Assembly (NCBI GenBank): GCA_013239625.1 | Contig: MU053493.1 | Location: 2,303,793-2,367,792, forward strand | Direction of reading: 5' to 3' | Length of the DNA stretch: 64,000 nucleotides | From: Lama guanicoe | Lineage: Eukaryota | Position numbers and translations under genes: made by a program | Shown here: piece by piece, positions 14,430 to 27,747 of the stretch | Position numbering within the stretch: the stretch's first letter is position 1 | Layout of the letters: each line of letters begins with the position of its first letter | The notes under the pieces: model-generated | Told to the model about the DNA's origin: nothing | What the model saw: the letters and a program-made list of their open reading frames with translations, nothing else | Database searches by the model: none

Positions 14430-16080
14430 TTTCTTTTTAATTTTTAAAATCTTAATGTAATAAGGACACTTAATATGAGATCTACCCTCTTAACAAATTT
14501 TAGGTGCACAGTATATTATTGTTGACTGTAGGGACACTCGTGCACAGCAGATGTCTTGAGTTGCTCATCTTGCTTGTCTGAAACCTTATGTCCATTGGTT
14601 AGGAACCTCCATGCCCCCTCCCCCCAGCCTCTGGGAACCACCGGTTCGCTCTTTGATTCTGTGAATTTGACTGTTTTAGATGTCTCCTATGAGTGCAATT
14701 TGTCTTTCTGTAACTGGCTTATTTCACTTAGAATTTTTCAATTTCAAATTCATTTTCTTTCTTTATTGAAGTATAGTTCAATAAAAAATGTTCACAATGT
14801 TGTGTTAGTTTCAGGTGTACAACAAAGTGATTCAGATATACATATATGTCTATTTCTTTTCAGATTCTTTCCCATTATAGATTATTACAAGATATTGAAT
14901 ATAGTTCCCTGTGCTGTACGGTAGCAGACTACCTTTTTTTTGAACTATAGTTCATTTAAAACATTGTGTCAATGTCTGGTGTACAGCATAATGTTTCAGT
15001 CATACAGGTACATACATATATTCCTTTCCATTTTCTTTTTCATTATAAGTTACTACAAGATATTGAATATAGTTCCCTGTGCTATACAGTAAATCCTTGT
15101 TGTTTGTCTATTTTATATGTAGTAGTTAGTATCTGCAAATCTCAAACTCCCAATTTATCCCTTCCCACCCCCTTTCCCCTCTGGTAACTGTAAGTTGGTT
15201 TTCTAGGTCTGCAAGTCTGTTTCTGTTTTGCAAATAAGTTTTTTTTTTCTCTTTTAGATTCCACATGAGTGATATCACATGGTACTTTTCTTTCTCTTTC
15301 TGGCTGACTTCACTTAGCATGACCATCTCCAGGTCCATTCATGTTGCTGCAAATGGCATTATTTTATTCTTCTTTATGGCTGAATAATATTCCATTGTAT
15401 AAATATACCACAACTTCTTTATCCAGTCATCTGTCAATGGACATTTAAGTTGTTTCTGTATTTTGGGTATTGTAAATAATGTTGCAATGAACATCAGGTT
15501 TGAAAATTTCTTTAGGGTCCTGATTTCAGTTGTTTTGGATAAATACCCAGAAGTGGGGCTGGTGAGACAGGTGCTATTTTGAGGGCAGCCCCAGAGAAGT
15601 CAGGCTGCTGGATGCACAGGTCAACTCTTTGTCTCCCAGGAGGAAGCTGGGAGCTGGGTTTTCTCATCAGTTTGCTGTACTAAGTCTGGGGAGACTCAGC
15701 AGGGTCTCTCAGCTGAAGCTGCCCCCCGGGGGCTCCCCATGCAGTCAGACTGTACTGGACCCATCAGCACTACAAGGCTGGCAAGACAGAAGCCAGTCCT
15801 CCGGGGACCCCTCAGGAAGGTTAAGGTGCTAGCATGCGAACCAGCCCCCTTCACTCCCCTGGGTGAGGCTGGGAGCTCGGGGTCTCTTCCTAATTGCTGG
15901 CACTCTCCGGGGAGGGAGTGTCCCAAATCTCATCCCAAACTCAGCAAGCCTGACTCCTGTTCTCCCAGGGTACAGGAACCTTTAGACTAGATTCTTATGT
16001 CTCACAAAGAGAATCTGTCCATGAATTACTGTTGAACCGGGGTGTTCGCAGGGGAGGAGGAGTCATCTTGCTGACATGAT
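14430..16080 (-). mobile_element. Nested L1 cluster: older L1 3' end interrupted by two younger L1 3' ends (about 14760-14925 and 14935-15500), then GC-richer, possibly L1 5'UTR-like sequence
   Basis: Repeated atattgaatatagttccctgtgct motifs; the identity of 15560-16080 is tentative. Confidence 0.7.
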
Positions 16081-17001
16081 TCCTCCTGATTATTTATTTT
16101 TAGCTCTGTGTTTTAGGGGCCACATGAAGGATAACAAAAAGGGGAAGAAAACTTCTAAAATTATTTTGGACTTCATCCCCCCACCTTTACAAAGAAATAT
16201 GTTCTTTCTGTGACTCCACTGTTTATATCACATTGTTAGCCGATATATTAATTAATATAGTAATTAACATATATTAATAACATTAGAATTATAATTAATA
16301 ATAATTAATGATTGGATCAGCCAGCCCACACAAGGGTGTGCAAGTCATCAACACGGTGCTTTTTAGTTTAAAAGAAAGGCTTCAGGGGAAAGACATGTAA
16401 ACCACCAAAGGCCGCCGGTCACTGCATGGGGGGTGTCAGATCGGGGGGGCAGGCGCTGGGTTCCAGCAGCGACATCCCTCGGAGGCTGCTGTAGCCGCTT
16501 ACCAGTCCAGAGACACACAAGGGAGGGAGGAGGCCAGGTAAGCCCAGACCCCAGGACAGTCTGGCGAATGCTGCGAGTCTCAGACCCTTCAGGCGCGAGG
16601 GTGCGATGGGTAGGCAGCCCGGTGTCTTGACTTCCCGAGCTCTTTACGCTGATTTTCCCAGCCTCGCCTGCTGGTCCCGCTTCTCTAACCAACCGGCTAT
16701 TTCTTGACCAGGGCTAGACTTTATCACATCCACCTCTATTCCTGTTGGCAACTTTTCCTGGACTACCTCCCTCTTTCCTGCAGTTTTAGAAGTAACAGCT
16801 GGGTCACCTGTCTGTAGCCACATCCACAGGGGTGGTGGAAGTGGTGGTTCTGTTTGCTTTTTTCCAGTGTTCCAAGACACCCTTTCCGAAGGCGCCCTAA
16901 TCTGTTCCTCCCTCTCCTGTGCATCAGTGTTTTCCATAGCCTGCCAACCTGGGATACAGCAGAGAAATGCAGAAATCCAGGAGACCTTTGTTGCTGTATT
17001 C

Positions 17002-17153
17002 TTTTGTTTGTTTTGGGGGGGTTTGAGGGGAGAGGTATAGGTTTATTTATTTATTTGTTTGTTTGTTTGTTTATTTAATGGAGGCACTGGGGATTGAACC
17101 CAGGACCTCATGCATACTAAGCACATGTTCTACTACTGAGCTATACCCTGCCC
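17002..17153 (-). mobile_element. Vic-1-type SINE
   Basis: Reverse complement of the tRNA-Ala-like head with (AAAT/AAAC)n tail. Confidence 0.9.
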
Positions 17154-17522
17154 ACCAAGAGCTGGTTTTTTGAAAGGGTAAACACGAGCAATAAGCCTCT
17201 GGCCGGGCTCACCAAGAAGAAGAGAGAGGACACAAAAAACGACAGACCTGAGCCGGGTGAAATAAGCTTACGTTACCGCCTGATGAACACGACTGCAATT
17301 CTTACCTGAAACACAGTCTAGAAAACATGGGTCCCCCAGGGGCTGTCCTAGTGGGTGTGGGGCGGGGGATCTCCCTTGATGTCGGGTCATATGGCACTCC
17401 CACACCAGGGTGGAAACCCCCGAGAACTGAGCGAGGGCCTGTCCTGCTCAGGAGTCCACATGGTGTCAAGAGAAACAGGAGGAGAGTGGCTCAGGCCAGC
17501 GCTCAAGAAAGAACCTCAGTGT

Positions 17523-17726
17523 GGGGAGGGCGTAGCTCAGTGGTAGAGTGCGTACTTGGCATGCACAGGGTCCTGGGTTCCATCCCCAGTACCTCTGTTA
17601 AAATAAATAAACAAATAAAAAACAAATAAATAAGTATATAAACCTAAAAAAAGATGTGGTGAGAATTTTTTAAGGTTAAAAAGGAAGGAAGGAAGGAAGA
17701 AAGAAGGAAAGAAAGAACGAAAGAAC
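17523..17726 (+). mobile_element. Vic-1-type SINE with extended tail and (GGAA/GAAA)n repeat
   Basis: TSD gaacctcagtg at 17511-17521 and 17727-17737. Confidence 0.9.
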
Positions 17727-18879
17727 GAACCTCAGTGCCCTTGGTGATGAAACACAGATTAGCCCCTGGAGAAACTAAAGGAAGAGTTATGTGCAGGAGA
17801 TGGGGCCTGAGTGTGTGAGAGACTCCGATGGCTGGTGATGAATAGGGACCACGCTCCCAGGGAGACACACCAAACGGGAGCCCATTTGATTTCTAAGGCT
17901 GAATCAGACTTTCTGAGCATTTAACCATGTGCCAGGCATGCGCTCAGTGCTTCACATGTGTCCAACCCTTACACCAACCTTGTGATGCAGATACACGTAT
18001 TTAGAAATGGCAAGATGGAGGCTCAGAGGGTTAAAGAGCTTCTCAGACCACCCTGAGGTCATGGTGCAGCCGGGACACACACAGACCCCGGTTTGTCAAC
18101 TCCAGTGCCCACACGTGTATCCACTCAGGGGTGGGGCTGCACCATTGAAAAGGGCCTACAGAGGGCAAAGTGTCACCTGTCTGGTTGCCATGGAGACAAG
18201 TGAGCTCTGACTGCCGGAAAAGGATGAGGTCACGTGATCGTCTGCCCAGCTGCAGGACAGACGCTAGGGATTCATTGACACCCACCCTCCTGGGTCTTTC
18301 CACCTCCCCAGGCGTCTCCTTGCTGAGCTCCTCCTCCTGCCCGCGTGCTGGGGGCCCTCCTATCTGTGTCCCAGAGCCCTTCCTGACCCCCAGACCATTT
18401 CCTGGGCTCTAGCTGCCCTGTCCTCCTGTGATGCACAGTTTGCTCCCTACTATGCAAAGCTCCCCATGAAACCTCAGACCAGGAGACCCTGACTGGAAGA
18501 CTGGACCTGGCCTCCCTGCCATCCCAAGGCCTAGTAGACAGCTCCGTCTGTGACAACTCCATCAGAGGGATGTTTGAGTAGAATGCAGAATTTATTACAG
18601 AGATGGACCTCACAGAACCACAGGAACCCGTTAAAGAGTTTATGTACACCTGCTGCTTCTGTGTCTGGTCGGTGGGTCTGAAGCCTGATCCTGGGCTGGC
18701 CATCAGGAAAGACAGATGGATGTGAAATGTGGAGATTCAGGACCAGCCGGACCCCTCCAAGATGGGCTTGGAACCCTTCGTGGCTTCTCTCATCTCCCAG
18801 TATCCCCCTATAGATGACCTACAGAGGTTGGAGCTTTTCTTGTGGAACTGAGTGAAGTGGTCCAGCAGTTAGGGGGCTG

Positions 18880-19110
18880 GGCTATGTATAAAATAGGTAA
18901 ACATGTTTCTACTGTATAGCACAGGGAACTATATTCAATATCTTGTGGTCACCTATAATGAAAAAGAATATGAAAAGGAATATATGTATGACTGAAGCAT
19001 TATGCTGCACACCAGAAATTGACACATTGTAACTGACTGTACTTCAATTAAAAAAGCAGATACAGAACTGACTAAATAAATAAATAAAGCAAAACAAAAT
19101 AAAATAAAAT
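18880..19110 (+). mobile_element. Short L1 3' end
   Basis: ctactgtatagcacagggaactatattcaatatcttg; (AAAT)n tail. Confidence 0.85.
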
Positions 19111-19726
19111 GTGTTGTACCAATAGATGCATAACTGTGACTATAGTAAAAGACATTTAATTGTGTGCTTTACCTGGCTCGATGGTCTGGCATATGAATTA
19201 TAAACGCATAAAGCTATTTAAAAAGAGTCAGCTATAGACCGGGAAGTAAGCCGCTGGAGCGCCCTATCTGAATGAGTCACATGACAGCACTGAGTTTCAA
19301 AATTGCTCAATCTATTGGAAGAAACTGGACTGATTGGGAGATTGCAAACTTAGAGCAACTGCAAAACAGAGCAGGACGTTATCAGAGAGCACTGAGAAAT
19401 GATGAATTTGGAAAAGGAAAGAATTCCATGGCCCTCCCATTTAGAGCGTGCACAGCAGACCTTAACTCCAGGGATGATAAGACATAGGAGGACTCTGGTT
19501 CTCAGTTAACCCCGAATAAAGTCTAAAATGGTGGGGGAAAAAACAGATGCAGAAAATGCCAACAGCAAGGACTTTGGGGAAAAAATGTGTCGAGCATCAA
19601 AGGAAGACCCAGAGGCGAAGTATTTTGAAGGAAAACGCCAAGTTTGTTGGCAAACAGTGCAAGAGGGTTGGACTTCAGAAGCAATTATTCGTCAAATATA
19701 AAGCACAGATGTTTAAGAGAACAGCA

Positions 19727-19781
19727 TGCACACGCACACACACACACGCACTCACACACATGCACACACACACGCACACAC
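19727..19781. repeat. Imperfect (CA)n microsatellite
   Basis: Read directly from the sequence. Confidence 0.9.
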
Positions 19782-20235
19782 CCTGCAATATCACCACATC
19801 GCCACATTTGCGGCAGTCTGTGCGTAGTGAGAAACCAGTACTTTTCTTACTTGATTATCATATTCATAAAACTCACAGTAGTTTTTGGGATACGTTCCAT
19901 GTCCTGTTTATGTGAGGGACTAAAGCAAGATGTAAAGACCCTGCTTGTTTCGATTTATCTCAGAGTGAGCGGTGTAGAGATCTTCCCGATTGGGGTATAT
20001 TGGAAACAGGGCAAAATATCAAGTTTACGCTTTTACACCAGTCTTGTCTCAAAAGCGAAATGCCGGTCGCAGCCAAAAGAACTCCCAGAAACATAATTCC
20101 AAAGGCTGGGAGAGTGTTCAGCTCTGGTCCCTGTTTCTAGTTGCAGAAAAACAGAAATTATCTATTGTATTAATTTTCTGTTGATGCCTGACAAAGTACC
20201 GCCAACTCAGCAGCTTCAAACAACACCCATTTCTT

Positions 20236-20361
20236 TGAGGGGGCAGGTAATTAGGCTTATTATTTATTTATCTATTTATTTTTAGAGGAGGCACTGGGGA
20301 TTGAACCCAGGACCTTGTGCGTGCTAAGCATGCACTGTGCCACTGAGCTGTACCATCCCCC
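20236..20361 (-). mobile_element. Vic-1-type SINE inserted in an MLT1-like LTR fragment (about 20165-20455)
   Basis: TSD aaacaacaccc[a/g]tttctt. Confidence 0.9.
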
Positions 20362-20992
20362 AAAACAACACCCGTTTCTTCCCTCACGGCTCTCTATGTG
20401 AGTGGTCCAGCTGGCTCTGCTGGGCTCACAGTCTCCCGAGGCTGAAACCAAGGGCTACCCTTTCCATCCTGAGCCCCGGTGCGTTGAACAACCCGTCACT
20501 CGGAGAAATCGGCGTGTCACCGCAGTAGATATCTCAAGCCCACTCACTTTTCTGCCCGTACTGTGAGTATTATGGCTAGAATATTAGGACCAACAGAAGA
20601 AAAACACCGATGACTCCTTTATGGCCCCATGCCTGTCAACCTACCTGGCAGAGGCCTTTTATATAAATAGAGCTGTCAGATTAAGGGCTCACCAGAAAGA
20701 TTACTCTTGGAAAATAAAGAACCACTGGAAACAATTTCGCAGCGTGTCATTTATGCACTTGAATTTCCTAAACTGGCTTAGACAGTGACTCTGGAAAATG
20801 TAGACATCTTAACGCCAACTGGAACATTCCAATTTATGAGGCAAGCTCTGTTGATGGAGCACACATGATGGGAACAGAATCTATGAAGACACAGGGAGAC
20901 CCTTCTCATTGCCTAAGCCACTCTAATATGCTTTGAAATCAGAAGTTATTCAAGGCATAAACCAGTCATAGGTCTTAAGAACAGAAATTCCT

Positions 20993-21169
20993 GGAGGAGG
21001 GTATAGCTCAGTGGTAGGGCGCATGCTTAGCATGCCCGAAGTCCTGGGTTCAGTCCCCTGCCCCTCCATTTAATTAATCACCTCCCCCCACCAAAAAAAA
21101 AAAGAAAAATAAAGTGTACGGTAGAATGTGTATAGGTTACATGCAAATACTACACCATTAAAAAAAAAA
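20993..21169 (+). mobile_element. Vic-1-type SINE with 3'-transduced segment
   Basis: TSD aagaac[ag/gc]aaattcct at 20977-20992 and 21170-21185; two A-tails. Confidence 0.9.
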
Positions 21170-21508
21170 AAGAACGCAAATTCCTTCCAGAAGTCTATGA
21201 ATGGCCTTTGTACAAACCTAATGGAAGTGAATAAGAGTTTGTGCAAGATTTAAGAGTCATTCATAAAGTCATTGGAAGGTTTCCGGGACTGTCTGATTTC
21301 TAGTGCTGTTCTGTCTCCAGTTCCACCTACAGGTAAATAGTTCAAGGTGGTAGGTCTCTCCCAGGCTTCAGTGTAGCATCTCTGTCCATGAAGATAGCTG
21401 GTATATTTTTCCTGCATGTGGAATGACCCAGCCATATATCTGGGCAATAATGCCTTCGAGATTCACAAAGGTACTGTTGCATTCCTTCCAGCCTTTACAT
21501 GATGATTT

Positions 21509-21646
21509 TTTCCTCAAGACTGTTTATTTGCAGGGGAGAGGTGTTAATGAGGTTTATTTATTTATTTCTTTAACAGGTACAGGGGATTGAACCCAGGACC
21601 TCGTGCATGCTAAGCACATGCTCTACCACTGAGCTGTACCCTCCCC
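21509..21646 (-). mobile_element. Vic-1-type SINE
   Basis: tRNA-Ala-like head; degenerate TSD tacatgatgattt / tacgtggtgattt. Confidence 0.9.
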
Positions 21647-22182
21647 ACTACGTGGTGATTTAAAGGACACAGCACATCCAGAAGGTTGGGATTTCATTCA
21701 GTATAGACCTTACCTTGGATTTACCTCTCCTGGAAAATAAAGATTCAATCCACCTGTAAAAAAGGGCAAGGGGCTGAACATGGTGAATCCTCAAAGAAAC
21801 AACATTACAATTTTGCCAAGGTGTAGTACGTAAGTCAGGAGGTGACCTCTCCATTGGAGAGCACCCTCTACCCCGAACAGGATTAAATCAGCCTAGCAAT
21901 ATCCAAGCCCAGCAGCTAGGAGGGAACTGACAGAACTGGAGGAACTTAAGGGGTCAAGGTGATGGATTCCCAACATTTGTTTCCAGCAAAGCTAGACCCT
22001 TCGTGAACTTACCAGAAACACGTGAAACCAGGATTCACTTCCTGAAGCTGAGGCTTTGTCTCTTGGGAGTCTAAATGGCAGCAGGTCCCAATCCCAGGTC
22101 TACCTGAACAGGGAAAAAAATATTTTTCTTATGCTGTTTCAGCACATTTCCTTGTGCTGCAGGAAGAAAGGGGTGGTGGGAT

Positions 22183-22268
22183 GGGGAGGAGGGTGTAGCT
22201 CCGTGGTACAGCATGTGCTTAGCATGCACAAGGTCCTGGGTTCAATCCTCAGCACCTCCATTTAAAAA
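22183..22268 (+). mobile_element. Vic-1-type SINE (short tail)
   Basis: tRNA-Ala-like head, flanked by aaagggg(g)tgg repeats. Confidence 0.88.
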
Positions 22269-24989
22269 AGGGGGTGGCAGGGGGCACCAATAATAGAGGA
22301 TTTGCCTCAACAACACGGGAGGTACTAGAAGCCTCCTACTGAAGTAATTCTCTAGATCCATGGCTAGCATGGATCCATCTCACAGGTCACGACAGTGGTT
22401 GCGAAACTGTAGACAGTTATCCTCCCCAGACCACTGATTCCGTCGGTTCCATGTGCTGCTCTATCCCTGTTACTGGCCAGCAACAGCCAGCGTTAGCCAG
22501 CAAACACACTGACAATGAAGGACTACCCCCTGCCTCCCACCATCGCCAGAGTATCACGGTGACAGGCCCAGATGTTCTGAAGTTCATCCGTCCTGGTGGG
22601 CAGAATGTCTCCGCTCCCCCTGCAAAGGGAAGAAAGAATACTGAGGGGCACTGGGCAGAGTGCCCAGAGATTTATTGAAACGCGCTTTCACAGCTCAATC
22701 TAATTGCGTCTTCCTCTGCATGTGGAGAGATGGGGGAGCTGGGATGATGCTAGTACAGCGAGCGCCACATGGTGTCTGGGTCTCTGAAGGCAGAGAGCCC
22801 TCCTCCTCACTCAGTCCTCGGGGAGCCGGGGGGAGAAATTACCGGTGATTCTGATGGAACAGTCGATAATGTTATGGCCTTGCAGAGGCAGTGATTTAAA
22901 AGCTACTGGTGCCTGTGTTTTCTTTTTCTAGTGTGGCCAGCAATGAGTTTTGACGCATGAAAATGTTTCTTATTCATATGTAGTATGTTGAACTGGCCTT
23001 TTAATCTCTAGAATATTTGTCTCTGCAGTAAGTTAACAGTTCACCATAATTTGTAAAATCGTCAATACTTCTTTCACCTACAGTGTTAGTCCCAGCAGGC
23101 AGAGTGATGAAGCCGGTCCCTTGAGCATCACTCAGGTAGCTTCTGTGAACAGACCCCGGGGAGCTGTCAGGACAGCAGGGAGCTGAGCGTGGGGATGCAG
23201 GTGACTGGTGGAAAGCACAGAGGCTGAGGAGCACTGGGGGTGCCCAGAGGGACAGGGCCAGTGCCAGGAGCAGGAAAGCAGTCAGGGAGGGCTTCCTGGA
23301 GGAAGTGAGAGTGGGGCTCAGAGAGTGGTCCCTCTGCAGCACCCCGCACATGATGTGCTGGAGAGGGCCCCAGAGTGGAGGCTTGGTTTGGGTCTGCTTT
23401 GGTGTGGTGGTTGAGTGGTGGTTGGGTGATGGCTGTGGGCCCGGGGTGCTCCTAACCAGCAGGTGAGTCGCCTTGAGTGTGCAGCAAAAACAGGGCAGAG
23501 GAACAGTGATGGTTCCCTGCAGAGACAAGAGGTCACAGGGAGCCTGTAAGAGTTGCTGTGGGGAGCGGGCTGTGACTCTTCTGCCTCCAGCTCACCCCTC
23601 CAAGGGCCCCCACAGGCAAACCCACAGGGAGGTCAGAGGATAAGAGGTGAGACCCCAGGGTGCAGAGCAGGGCACATGTGGTGGGGGTGGGGTGGCGGAC
23701 AGTGGTGCAGCAAATGGTCCACCTGCTGCAGGAGGACACCTGGGACCGGTAGACACACAGTGGCAGGAGCCTGGCAGGGGAGGGGGAGAGCCAGCCGTGA
23801 CAGGGAAGATGGTAGGTGGAGGGACAAGGAGGCAGATGGAGGGAGCGGGGCCTTGGGAGGCTCAGCGAGGTGTGTGCAGCCCCGGAGCTCGGGGGCTTTG
23901 CAGGGTCAGTGGCCTGGGGGTGGTAAATATGGTGGTGAGGTAAGGTGCAATAACCAGTGTGGTCTGGGAGCAAACGCACGCCCAGGCGTCTGAGAACTTG
24001 TGCTCTCACCCAAGGGGCCCTCCCAGGTGGTGAGCCCTAAGGAGCGGGAGACATGAAAGCTTAGAGACAAGCAACAAATCACCAGTAAACCTAGGCTGTC
24101 TCCACATCAGGACCCCCGAGACGCAGACTGGGAAGCAGTGTTGATTCCCAAGTTTTGGACAGCCTTTGGGTTTTCTGTCCACGTGCTTGGATCTTGGTGA
24201 TAGATATCCAGCCCCAAAGAGGGAAGGACTGTCCTTTGTAACCAGGACATCCAAGGAGTGCTTCAGGCATAGCTGGATCCAGGCGTTCAACTATGGTTAT
24301 CAGAACTCTGCTTCCCTTTCTCACCAGGTACTGGCTTGTTTCAGATAAGGACGGGCTCCAGCAGCTCTGAAGCCACCTAATCCCAAAGAAGAGAGTCTGC
24401 TCTCCCTTCCAGGGTCTACACTGTCCCTAGAGGGACCTTGGACTGGCCTGAGGAAAGATCTCAGAAAGACCATGGGAAGGGCTCAATGTGACCTCATTTA
24501 ACTTAGTCCCCAGGAAATGAGGCCCATGGGAATGTTGTGGTCAGCTGCACTCTTAACCCTTTGCTCTTAGGACTGTTTTTACAGTGTTCTCTCTGGACGG
24601 ACCCCAGTTTGCTCATCCCATCACCCATCATCATTCTCCATGTGGTCCAGGGCTTTTGGGGCTTGGAGGGGTCTTGGTGGGACATTTGTCATGTCCTTCT
24701 GTCCCTGCTTCAGACTGTCGGATGTTGCTCGCACTTCCCCTGTGTTCTCATTGCTCCAAATTGTAAACTGAGAAACCATCATTCAAAAAGACACAGGAAA
24801 AAAGAAAAAAAGACACAGGAACTTATGAAATCAACAGGCGTTTTCCCACCGGCTTCCTCGTCAGTGACAATCTTGTATCATTCCCCTGCCAATTCAGCTG
24901 TGGGCTCTGTGACATTTCCTTTCCTCTAATCGGTGAATTGGTGTGAGGCTGGATGTGTGAAACAGAGATGGCTTTATTTTTTCAATTTG

Positions 24990-25280
24990 CATTCTGTTTT
25001 TTGAAGTCTGGTCAGTTTACAATGTTGTGTCAATTTCTGGCATAGGGCATGTTTTAGTCATACGTACAGATACATATGTTTGTTTTCAGATTCTTTTTCA
25101 TTATAGGCTATTACAAGATATTGAATACAGCTCCCTGTGCTGTACAGTAGGACCTTGTTGTTTATCTATTTTATAAATAGTAGTTAGCATCTGCTAATCT
25201 CAAACTCCCAATTTATCCCTTCCCACCTCCTTTCCCCATTAGTAACCAAAAGTTTGTTCCGCATGTCTGTGAGTCTGTTT
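24990..25280 (-). mobile_element. Short L1 3' end
   Basis: Same L1 3'UTR motifs. Confidence 0.85.
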
Positions 25281-26649
25281 TGGTACAAAGGAGTTGTCTT
25301 TAATTGCAAAGAAATGCATTTTTTCCTCTCAATAAGGAACTTAACTGTCTTTTTTTAAACTTTGTTACCCAAAGAGAAGGGAAAAAGAAACCTCCAGGTT
25401 CCTGAAAATGGTGGGTGTCTCCTCTTGGCTCCTGTGTGACAGCAGCGTGAGGGTGGCGGTCCCACCGCCAAGGCCCGGCTGTCACAGTCACGGGGGCCTT
25501 TTCTTCCAATAAGGGGACCCTCCTATGCCAGGTGCCTTGAAGCCTGGAAGTCAGAGCTGGTGAACTGCAGCTTGCTTCAAGGAAGATTTCTGGAAGCAAC
25601 TTCAAAGGGACAGGCTTTGTTTTGGAAAAATCTACTTCTCGGGCTGTTGGGAGCCAAGTTGGTCACTGGGTAAGGCCCAGGGATGCTACTGTGATCCAGG
25701 CTGCTGCCCTTCCAACACCTCGCCCCTGGAGGCTGAGGGGAGATCGGTGCCTGAGCCCCTTAAGGTGAGTGTTGCATGAGGCAGGCCCCACACAGGCACT
25801 GATGCCCCTCAGGTCCTCAGGCAGCCTGACTGCTCATCTTGAAGTGAGATCCTGACGTGGAAGCCAGGGCCTTTAAATGTTTGTGTCCCTCCTACTCCAA
25901 ATTCAAGCGTTGAAGCCCACAGCCCCCCAGTGTGGTGGATTTGGGAGGTGATTAGGTCATGAGAGTGGAGCTCTCCTGATGGGACTCGGGTCCACTTGGA
26001 ACCCCTGGCTTCTCTTCTTCCACTCAATGGCTAGGTCTCAGAGGACTTCCCGTCACTACTGTTCTTTGTGACCACGTGTCACAGCCAGGCTGGGGTTTTT
26101 AGCACTTGGCCCCTTATTTATACATTCACCGCGGGTGGGTCATTTCTAGGAATCCCCGCCATCCCCACCTCCCACCCTACCCCTGCTACAGAGAGCGCTG
26201 CAGCGAACATCCTTGTCCCTCTGAATTTGCACGCTTGCTTTTCTGTGAGATACATTTTTAGCAGCCGAATTGCTGAGCCGAATGGAAGTTTTCATTTCAA
26301 TATGTTTGCTCAGTTGCCCTCAGTGAGGGCGGAACCCCTTTACTCTCACGGGAGGATGTGTTTTCCTGCGTCTGGCGGACTCCAAGCATCCTTCCTCTTA
26401 TCAGTCTCTGCGAATCTGATGAGCCCAGAGGGGAACGGGTGCCAGTGTTTGCTTTGACGTCTCTTTGACCGTGGTCTGGATTGAACGTGTCCCTGTGCTG
26501 CTGGGCCATTCTAGGAACTGATTACTGAGCTCTGCTCTTGAGTTTGTCGTCTTTTTAAAAACTGATCTTCACGTGCTCTCTGTATATTAGCCCTTTTACT
26601 ATGATGTATTGCAAGTATTTTTCCTCTGCTACAAAAGTAATTTGTAATC

Positions 26650-26792
26650 TATGCTGTTCAGTATGATAGCCACTAACCACGAGTGACTAGAAAGCATGGA
26701 AGTGTGGCTAAATGATGCACTGAATTTTTTATTTATTTAAGTTAATTTAATGTTTAATTTAAATTTAAATAGCCACAGATGACTAATGGCTA
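26650..26792. mobile_element. hAT-Charlie MITE relic (MER3-like)
   Basis: tagccact...gtggcta...aatttaaatagccaca...ggcta, quasi-palindromic. Confidence 0.65.
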
Positions 26793-27278
26793 GAAAAAAA
26801 AATGTCTGCTTGCCTTTTGATTTGCTGTCCAGACTGTTTCTTATTTTCCCAGTCAACTTAGGAAACATACTTCACATATATTTATTTTTATGTTGTCATA
26901 TTTATTCTTTCTTCATGGCTCTTGAATTTGGGGGCACATTGAGAAAGGCCTTTCTGGTCTCAAGATTTTTAAAGCAATCCCCCATATACACCTCTGATAC
27001 TCATATGATTTCATTTTTCTGATTTAAATTTGTGTCTCACCTGGAATTGATTTTGGCCAAAGATGGTGGGGGGCGGGCACGGAGGCCCACCTTCTCCCAC
27101 CGAGAGGCTGGCTATCTGCCCCATATCATTTATTAAAGAGGCCACCTTTCTTCTGCTGCTCTGAAATGCCTGCCACCTTTATCATGATGTCTGCAACCTA
27201 ATCTCAAATGGTAGAGCAACACATTTATAACGTGTGTGTGTGTGTGTGTTTGCACAGATTAAGATAGAGCAAAAAATG

Positions 27279-27721
27279 TATAACTGAGCAGGATGCTGCG
27301 GGGCTCCCCAGGACAAACCCCTGCCCCATATCCTCTGCTGTAGCTCCTCTCTGAAGCTCCCAGATGATAGTATCTCATGCAGATGTCCTGAGTTTCTCAG
27401 ATGCTAAAACCACCACCCAATGGAAGAAATTAACTACCTGATGATTATGAGCATGTGGCCCCTGACCTTCTGTTCCTAAGGGTTGAGCACCATCCACCCA
27501 GCAGAGAGCTGTGCACAGCTGATCGCAGACCCTGGGACGCCCCTCCCTCAGCTAGCTTTTAAAAACGCTCAGCTGAAACCCTTCGAGTTCAGGAGTTCTT
27601 TGGGCTTGAGCCACGTGTTCTCCTTGCTCCACCCAGCAATAAACCTTTCTCTGCTGCAAACTCCATCTTGGTTTGTTTGGCCTCATGGGGCACGGGGCAT
27701 ACAAACTTGGGTTCGGTAACA
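27279..27721 (+). repeat. 5' LTR (443 bp)
   Basis: Aligns by eye to 32650-33086; TATA-like ttttaaaaa, AATAAA near 27638, ends in CA. Confidence 0.93.
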
Positions 27722-27725
27722 GTTT

Positions 27726-27747
27726 TGGGGAAGCCAGCCTAGGAGTC
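27726..27747 (+). other. Primer-binding site, tRNA-Arg type
   Basis: tggggaagccagcctaggagtc resembles TGGCGAGCCAGCCAGGAGTC, the complement of the tRNA-Arg(ACG) 3' end; 4 nt after the 5' LTR. Confidence 0.75.

Noticed and set aside
16243..16312. AT-only stretch with many TAATTA motifs
   Set aside because: Low complexity; function cannot be supported from sequence alone
19547..20096. ORFs of 122 and 150 aa with a His/Thr repeat
   Set aside because: The repeat is a translated (CA)n microsatellite; the rest has no recognisable homology
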